Assembly: GCA_965116445.1 (NCBI GenBank)
Contig: OZ220688.1
Span: 1,675,789 to 1,739,788, forward strand
DNA from: Thermoanaerobaculia bacterium
Lineage (GTDB): Bacteria; Acidobacteriota; Thermoanaerobaculia; Multivoradales; Multivoraceae
Direction: 5' to 3'
Length of the DNA stretch: 64,000 nt
A program made the position numbers and the translations under genes. Below the pieces are notes generated by a model that saw nothing but the letters and a program-made list of their open reading frames with translations, searched no databases and was not told the DNA's origin. The first letter of the stretch is position 1. Each line of letters starts with the position of its first letter. This document shows, piece by piece, positions 58,172-64,000 of the stretch.

Positions 58172-61100
58172 CTACAACAACACCAGCCGGCCGGACGCCG
58201 GCACACCGGTCAACTGCTCCAGGGCATGGCAATACCAGCGGATCTGCCGGCGATAGCGGTCGCCACGAGTCATGCCGTTCGCGCTGGAATCGCCTCCTGA
58301 CGGCGTGTCGAGATTGCCCAGATCCGTCTTCCAGTCGACGACGATCCACTTGCCGTCGTCGTCCAGGTAGGCGAGGTCGATCGCGCCCTCGACGATCCGG
58401 TGTTCCTCATCGCCGGCCAGGGGGAGGAGGAAGGGCGTCTCGCGCAGGACCCGCTGCGAGGCTCGGGCCGCTTCCGCCGCGGGGCTCGCGAGGGCCGCGG
58501 CCACCACGGTTTCGGCCGCTTCGATCTCCGGCCCCGTCGCGCCCAGCAGGGAGCCGTGGAGGCGGACCAGTTCGCGGATTCGCTGCCGCTCGCCGTCGAG
58601 CGGCGCGTCGCGAAGCACAGTGTGGACCAGACTGCCGAAGCGCCTGCCTCCTGGGCGATCGCGGACACGCTCCAGTTCTTCGACCCTCACCTCGGCGGCC
58701 GCACCGGGCGGTTCGAAGTCCAGGTCGGTCACCGCCCCGGGACTGACCGTTGGCCGGCTGCCCCGCTCGAGCAGTTCCCCGGTCCGCTCACGCCAGCGCT
58801 CGAAGCGTTCGCGGCTCTCCTCGGCGATGGCGCCTCCACCGGCGACCAGAAGATCCTCTCCCAACAGCCCGTACTTTGAGGGGGGCTGCTGGTCCACGAG
58901 CGCGGCGTCCCACCAGACGACATCGTAAGCTGGCCCCTCGTCGCCCGCCCCGTCGGTGCCGGCCGCTGCGGGAAACCGGTAGCGACCAGGCCTGACCGAC
59001 TTCTCAGGCCCGCGGTCGTCGTCCGACGGTCGCGCCGCCACCGATCGATCGCCGAACTCGGGGCACCCCTCGGCGGGCTCGGAGCGCCGCCAGTTCTCCG
59101 ACGCCGGGTACACGGCGTCGTTCAGGCACTCGATCCAGCCCGGGCGCTTCACGTCGCCGACCGCCGGCACGACGAGCAGGTCGCGGGCCCGCGTCGCCGC
59201 CACGTAGGCGACGCGGACGCCCTCCGCTTCCTCCCGCCTGTCCTCGACCTCCGCCGCGTCGACCAGCTCCTGCGGCGCCAGCCCGAGCAGTTTCGCCGCG
59301 CACAGGCCTTCCTCGCTCCGCAACGTCCGCTCGGCCCCGCGCGACAGCTTGGCGGTCATGTCCGCCAGGATGACGACCGGGAACTCCAGACCCTTCGCCG
59401 TGTGGACGGTCATCACGCGGACGCCGTCCGCGTCCTCCTCGACCACCGGCGCCTGCGTGCTTCCTATCCGTTCGGCCTCCTCGTCCAACTGCTCCACGAA
59501 GCCGCGGAACGAGCGGCCGCCGGCCACCTCGTAGCGGCGCGCGAGATCGCAGACGCGCTGCGCGTTGCCCAATACCTGGTTGCCCGCGGGCCGGAGCGCC
59601 ATCGCCGCCTGCGCGCGCGGTTTGGCGAGGATCTCCTGCACGGTCTGGACGATCGGCCGATAGTTCCGTCGGCGGTGAAGCGTGCCGAGGAAGTCGAGAA
59701 CGTCGACCAGGGAAGCGAACTCGGGCGGCGGTTCGCCCTCCTCCCGGGCCTTGCGCGGCGAGTAGAGGGGATGCAAGTTCCCGTAGCGCGTCCTGAACCG
59801 CAGCAGCAGATCGTCGTCGAAGGCGAAGAGGGAGCCGCGCAGCGTCGCGTACACGGAGAGGCGATCGTCGGGCCACTCGACCGCCGTGAGCGCGGACCGA
59901 AGCGCCTCGACTTCCTCCCGTTCGTGAAAGGACCGGGCGCCGATCAGAAGATGCGGTATGCCGAAGGCCTCCAGGCCGCGGACATAGTCGCGGGCCGTGT
60001 CCTGGTTCCAGCTCAGGAAGCGCCTGAACAGGAGGCATACGTGCCGCGCCTCGACCGGTATCCGCTTCAGCCGGCCCGGATTCGCCGGATCGGGGACCTC
60101 GACCTTCCAGCCGCTCTCCTCGATCAGCCAGCGCACGAACTCGACCGTCGCGTATGGCTGGCACGCCTCGATGTTCTTCTGGCTCACGTTGCGGTACCCG
60201 TAGGGCCTGGGCGGCGGCAGCACGACAACCTGGGGCTGAGCTGCAATGGCCTCGCGGTGCTCTCCCAACGGTATGTAGTCGGCGCTTCCGGCCGTCTTGT
60301 CACCGGTCATCAGCGGCGCGAAGGCCGCGTTGACCACCCGCTGAATGGGCGCCGCGGAACGGAAGCTGGTCGCAAGCTGCAGGACCACGACGCCGCGTTC
60401 CGCGAGTCTTCCCTTGACCTCCTGATAGAGCACGACATCCGCGCGGCGGAAGCGATAGATCGACTGCTTCGGATCGCCGACCAGGAAGAGCTTGCCCGGA
60501 GCCGGCGTCACCCGCCGCCAATCGTCCTGGTCAGGGTCGTCGGCCGCCAGCAGGAGCAGAATCTCCGCTTGCAGAGGGTCCGTATCCTGGAACTCGTCGA
60601 CGAACAGGTGGGTGTAGCGTGCCTGCAGATGGCGCCGCACGTCCCGGTCGCGCCGCAGAAGGTCGCGAGCCTTGATCAGCAGGTCGTGGAAGTCGAGCTT
60701 CCCGAGCAGGGTCTTCGCTTCCTCGTAGCGCTCGACGGCGCCCGACAGTTCGTCCTTCAGGAGCGCCGCCAGGTCGGCGTTCGCGTCGCGCTCGAACTCG
60801 CGCAGGCGATCCGCCAGCCGGCGCCAGAGTTCAAAGACCTGGTCGCGCCCCACGCCTTCCGCGAAGCCGCCCCGTCCCTTGCGCGGACTCCGGAAGCCGC
60901 TCAGGTCGCGCAGCAACAGGGCCAGCCGCGCTTCCAACTGGTCATCGAACGCCTCCCGATCGCCGTCCGGGTCCCCGGTGTCCGACCCGGTTGGCACACC
61001 ACCGAGTTGCCTGCTGCGGACGATCCAGTTCGACAGTTCGACCACGGGCGCCAGACCCCGTCGCAGCAGGTCACTCTTCCGGCCGTGCTGAACCAGCGCG

Positions 61101-61786
61101 GCCAGCCGCTCGACACGGTCGGAGAGCTCGTCAAGCGCCGCCTCCCGATCGAAGTCCGGGCGCCGCCAGCCCGCAGCGAAGTCACGCCAGTCGACGAGGC
61201 GCCAGGCGGCCTCACGCAGCCGGTCGAGCGCCGACTGATTCGGCGACCATCGTCCGACCACAAGACGCGCCAGTTCCCGTCGCAGTCCCGGCCGCATCGC
61301 CTCGAGCTGCTCCTCGATCCAGCGCCGGAAGCTGCGGGTGAACAGGCGAGGCGCCTCGTCCTCCGCCAGTTCGCCAAACCCCGGATCGACTCCCGCTTCC
61401 ACCGGCCGCTCGCGCAGGATGTCGGCGCACAGGGAGTGGATGGTGCCGATCGCCGCCTGCTCCAGCCGCGAAATCGCGTTCTCCAGCCGTTCCTGCCGGT
61501 CGACCGTGGCGCCGGTGCTTCGCAGCTCGAGCAGACGCGCATCGAGGGCCTGCCGCAGCCGCAGCTTGAGTTCGCCCGCCGCCTTGCGGGTGAACGTCAC
61601 CGCCGCCAGCCCGTCGACCGTGCCGCGGCCCTCCTCCAGGATCGCCACCAGGCGCTCCACGAGCACGGTCGTCTTGCCGGTGCCGGCAGCCGCCTCGACC
61701 AACTGGCTCTCGTCGAGCGCTTCGCGGATCCGCGCGCGGGCGGCTTCGTCGGCCAGCGGCGTCCGCCGCACATCGGCAGCGCTCAT
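58172..61786 (-). CDS. addA: UvrD-family helicase with a C-terminal RecB-like PD-(D/E)xK nuclease (AddA-like subunit)
   Basis: Start at ATG 61786 (MSAADVRRTPL). Helicase motif I AAGTGKTT, and a C-terminal nuclease motif AIDLAYLDDDGKWIVVDWKTD. An ATGA overlap couples it to the upstream addB-like gene. Confidence 0.8.
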   Translation of the reverse strand: MSAADVRRTPLADEAARARIREALDESQLVEAAAGTGKTTVLVERLVAILEEGRGTVDGLAAVTFTRKAAGELKLRLRQALDARLLELRSTGATVDRQERLENAISRLEQAAIGTIHSLCADILRERPVEAGVDPGFGELAEDEAPRLFTRSFRRWIEEQLEAMRPGLRRELARLVVGRWSPNQSALDRLREAAWRLVDWRDFAAGWRRPDFDREAALDELSDRVERLAALVQHGRKSDLLRRGLAPVVELSNWIVRSRQLGGVPTGSDTGDPDGDREAFDDQLEARLALLLRDLSGFRSPRKGRGGFAEGVGRDQVFELWRRLADRLREFERDANADLAALLKDELSGAVERYEEAKTLLGKLDFHDLLIKARDLLRRDRDVRRHLQARYTHLFVDEFQDTDPLQAEILLLLAADDPDQDDWRRVTPAPGKLFLVGDPKQSIYRFRRADVVLYQEVKGRLAERGVVVLQLATSFRSAAPIQRVVNAAFAPLMTGDKTAGSADYIPLGEHREAIAAQPQVVVLPPPRPYGYRNVSQKNIEACQPYATVEFVRWLIEESGWKVEVPDPANPGRLKRIPVEARHVCLLFRRFLSWNQDTARDYVRGLEAFGIPHLLIGARSFHEREEVEALRSALTAVEWPDDRLSVYATLRGSLFAFDDDLLLRFRTRYGNLHPLYSPRKAREEGEPPPEFASLVDVLDFLGTLHRRRNYRPIVQTVQEILAKPRAQAAMALRPAGNQVLGNAQRVCDLARRYEVAGGRSFRGFVEQLDEEAERIGSTQAPVVEEDADGVRVMTVHTAKGLEFPVVILADMTAKLSRGAERTLRSEEGLCAAKLLGLAPQELVDAAEVEDRREEAEGVRVAYVAATRARDLLVVPAVGDVKRPGWIECLNDAVYPASENWRRSEPAEGCPEFGDRSVAARPSDDDRGPEKSVRPGRYRFPAAAGTDGAGDEGPAYDVVWWDAALVDQQPPSKYGLLGEDLLVAGGGAIAEESRERFERWRERTGELLERGSRPTVSPGAVTDLDFEPPGAAAEVRVEELERVRDRPGGRRFGSLVHTVLRDAPLDGERQRIRELVRLHGSLLGATGPEIEAAETVVAAALASPAAEAARASQRVLRETPFLLPLAGDEEHRIVEGAIDLAYLDDDGKWIVVDWKTDLGNLDTPSGGDSSANGMTRGDRYRRQIRWYCHALEQLTGVPASGRLVLL

Positions 61787-64000
61787 CGTTCGCTCCGCAG
61801 CGCGTTCAGTTCTTCGAGCCGGGTCCGGTCCTTGCGCTTGACCCGCAGCTCCTCGTACGGACCGCACACCCGCCGATAGTCGCAGTAGCGGCATGCGTCC
61901 TTCGCGGGCGCCGCGGGCAGGAAGCCTGACTCCAGCGCTTCGTCCACCTTCTGCAGCAACCGGCGCGCGGCGCCGCGGCTCCGTTCGTCGAGCGGCACGG
62001 AGACGGTGCTGTAGTCGCCACGTTGAGTGCAGTAGAAGAGCCGGCCCGAAACGACTTCCCGCTCGAGCACACGCTCCGCGGCCAGGCTGTAGAGAACCGG
62101 CTGCAGAACCTTGCCGCCGCCGATCACGAGACCGCCGCCCGCGTGGACCGCGCGTCCCGTCTTGTGGTCCGTCACCCGGAGCCGGCCGTTCACGTCCTCC
62201 TCGACGAGGTCGATCGATCCGCGCAATCGCGCAATGTCGAGCACTTCCGCCGGCTCCCGGCAACTGTGCGGATCCCGGTCCCCCGAGCGTCTCAAGCCGA
62301 AGGAAAGTTCGGCATGGATCGGCTTCCACTGGCCACCCTCATCCGCCACCTGTCGCAACCAGCCCCGAAGGTCGGCCCTCAGTCCGTCGAACTCTGCCTT
62401 CCACACCCGTTCGATCGGCGGCGCGAGTTGCTCGCGGTAATCGCGCTCGCTCGAGGCCAGCACCTTGTCGAGCCGCTCGAAGACCGCCTCCAGGTTGTCC
62501 GCCGCGACCGGCAGGAGGTCGGCCTCCTTCAGCGCGCCGAACAGGCGGAACTGGATTTCATGGAAAATGCTGCCGCGGGTCATCGGGTCCAACTGCTCCA
62601 GTTGGACGAGTTCGTTTCGCGGGTACAGGCGCAGCACGGCCTGCAGGAAGAACCGGTAGGGACAGGCGGCATAGTGCTGAAGCGCCGTCGGCGAGTAGGA
62701 GCGGGCACCGGTGCGCTGGGCGACCAACGCCTCGAGAGCCTCGGGACTCGCGTCCACGAGACCGTCGACCGGAAACCAGGGCCGCCGCCACCGACGACCG
62801 CGCGCCTCGAGCGCCCGCTTCAGGTGCTCGTTCGACTCGAGGAGGAAGCGTGCCCGGCCGCGGCGCTGCGCGACCGGAGCTCCAGCGCCGAGGTACGGCC
62901 GCAGAAGAGCCAGGTCGAACTCGGACTCGTCGACCGCGTCCTCGGGCTCTTCGGGCGCCGGCCAGCCAACGACCGCCGCACCGCCCGCCTCCGCCCGGCG
63001 GCCGAGCTCATCCAGGTCCGGCAACCTTCCCTCGGCGCCGCGGAGCACGTCGAGCGCGTACAGCGACGGCACGCGGGCACGCCCCTGCACCAGGTCGACC
63101 CGAGGATAGGACACGACCAGCCGACGACTCGCCGCGCCAATCGCGAGACGGAGCAGCAGTTGCTCTCTCCACGTGCGCCGCTCGTTTCCGGCCAACAGGT
63201 AGCCGGCGTGCCGGAGCGCTTCGCGGCGCTCGTCGAGCAGCAGCGGATCTTCGCCCGCGCGCCGTGGGAACACCCCCTCCGCCAGACCCGGAACGAACAC
63301 CAGATCGAAGCTCCGCCCCGCCGCTTCCTCGACGCCGCCCACGAAAACGCGGCCGAATCGCCGCTTCGGCGGCTGATGGCGGCTGAAACGCAGACGCTCA
63401 GCGAGGATCCGCTCCACCTCGGCGAGTCCGACCTCGTCGACCTGCGACAGGGGTCTGAGCTCGGCCAACACTTCGAGCACGCTCTCCGGGCGCCGCAGCG
63501 CCATCGTCGCGAGTTCGCCCAGGCGTTCGAGCCACAGGGCCCAGTCGGCCCGCTCCGGCAGCTCGTCCAGGAACCGGATCAGGGGCAGCGCGAAGGCCTG
63601 GAGCGTCTCCAGGCGGTCGATCTGACGCTCCAGGTAGGACCGGTGTCCGTCGTCCTCATCTCCCGCCTCACGCAACCGCAACCGGAACTCCGCGTCCAGA
63701 CCCGCGAGACGCTCCCTCCAGCGCTCGGCGCCGCCGACCACGGCGGCATCGACCAGGAGGCGCTCCCACTGGGCGGGGACGCGGAGCGCGCCGGCCGGAG
63801 CGGCTTCTTCCCCGGCGCCGGCGTCGGCCTCGGCAGGCCGTGCGCCGCCGGCGCCGGAGTCCCCGCGATCTTCGGCGCCGGCGCCATCTTCGGATCCGGA
63901 AGGCTCGTCGAATGACTTGAGCACGAGTTGCTCGCCGGCCGGCTCGACCCACGGCACCTCGCGCCGCGGCGGCGCGCCGCCGGCAGCCGGCTCCGGAGTC
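61783..64000 (-). CDS. addB: AddB-like helicase-nuclease subunit (RecB-family nuclease with Cys cluster), 5' end beyond the window
   Basis: C-terminal nuclease motif RLRVTDHKTG and cysteines (C...CRYCDYRRVC) consistent with the AddB Fe-S cluster. No N-terminal ATP-binding motif is seen within the window, so the gene is N-terminally truncated by the window edge. Confidence 0.6.
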   Translation of the reverse strand, partial: TPEPAAGGAPPRREVPWVEPAGEQLVLKSFDEPSGSEDGAGAEDRGDSGAGGARPAEADAGAGEEAAPAGALRVPAQWERLLVDAAVVGGAERWRERLAGLDAEFRLRLREAGDEDDGHRSYLERQIDRLETLQAFALPLIRFLDELPERADWALWLERLGELATMALRRPESVLEVLAELRPLSQVDEVGLAEVERILAERLRFSRHQPPKRRFGRVFVGGVEEAAGRSFDLVFVPGLAEGVFPRRAGEDPLLLDERREALRHAGYLLAGNERRTWREQLLLRLAIGAASRRLVVSYPRVDLVQGRARVPSLYALDVLRGAEGRLPDLDELGRRAEAGGAAVVGWPAPEEPEDAVDESEFDLALLRPYLGAGAPVAQRRGRARFLLESNEHLKRALEARGRRWRRPWFPVDGLVDASPEALEALVAQRTGARSYSPTALQHYAACPYRFFLQAVLRLYPRNELVQLEQLDPMTRGSIFHEIQFRLFGALKEADLLPVAADNLEAVFERLDKVLASSERDYREQLAPPIERVWKAEFDGLRADLRGWLRQVADEGGQWKPIHAELSFGLRRSGDRDPHSCREPAEVLDIARLRGSIDLVEEDVNGRLRVTDHKTGRAVHAGGGLVIGGGKVLQPVLYSLAAERVLEREVVSGRLFYCTQRGDYSTVSVPLDERSRGAARRLLQKVDEALESGFLPAAPAKDACRYCDYRRVCGPYEELRVKRKDRTRLEELNALRSER

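Overview
This is a high-GC (about 70%) bacterial chromosomal segment. It is probably from a Gram-negative organism, because it carries lpxD-fabZ-lpxA, bamA, skp, lolCD and tatA. A VWA protein with a TIGR03436-like 'VWFA-related Acidobacterial' N-terminal motif hints at Acidobacteria, though that is uncertain. Most of the window is densely packed housekeeping genes on the minus strand, many translationally coupled by ATGA/GTGA overlaps: pgpH-like, phoH, hbd, tsaE, nnr, thiD, lgt, guaA, gpsA, plsY, cinA, deoA, tatA, tRNA-Arg, apt, pcm, surE, mtnP, lpxA, fabZ, lpxD, skp, bamA, clpC, lolD, lolC/E, hpt, a purine nucleoside phosphorylase gene, lysS, ribE, ribD, ftsY, aroB, aspS, hisS and addAB-like. 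Three accessory insertions with lower GC interrupt this backbone. (1) A defence islet between cinA and deoA carries a coiled-coil PD-(D/E)xK nuclease-like protein with in-frame 21-bp tandem repeats, a McrBC Type IV restriction system whose McrB has an Mrr_N-type N-terminal domain, and an orphan VapB-like antitoxin. (2) A 3.4-kb IS1595-family transposon-like element sits immediately downstream of lysS. It has perfect 25-bp terminal inverted repeats and an 8-bp target duplication (TTAGCAAT). Its cargo is a DNA methyltransferase-HNH fusion whose 5' end carries a (GGCCCCC)x9 heptanucleotide tract, a candidate phase-variation switch that is currently out of frame. (3) A GHKL-ATPase/STAS(DUF4325-like) gene and an Mrr Type IV endonuclease lie next to the transposon. 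The transposon inserted exactly between the ATPase gene's Shine-Dalgarno sequence and its start codon. Other points of note are a tRNA-Arg(CCT) followed by a degenerate tRNA-like copy, a GGTTTCCGCA(A/C)GA repeat triplet upstream of bamA, and a small patch carrying a Uma2 endonuclease, an HTH protein and a DUF4143 ATPase. No CRISPR array or rRNA was found.
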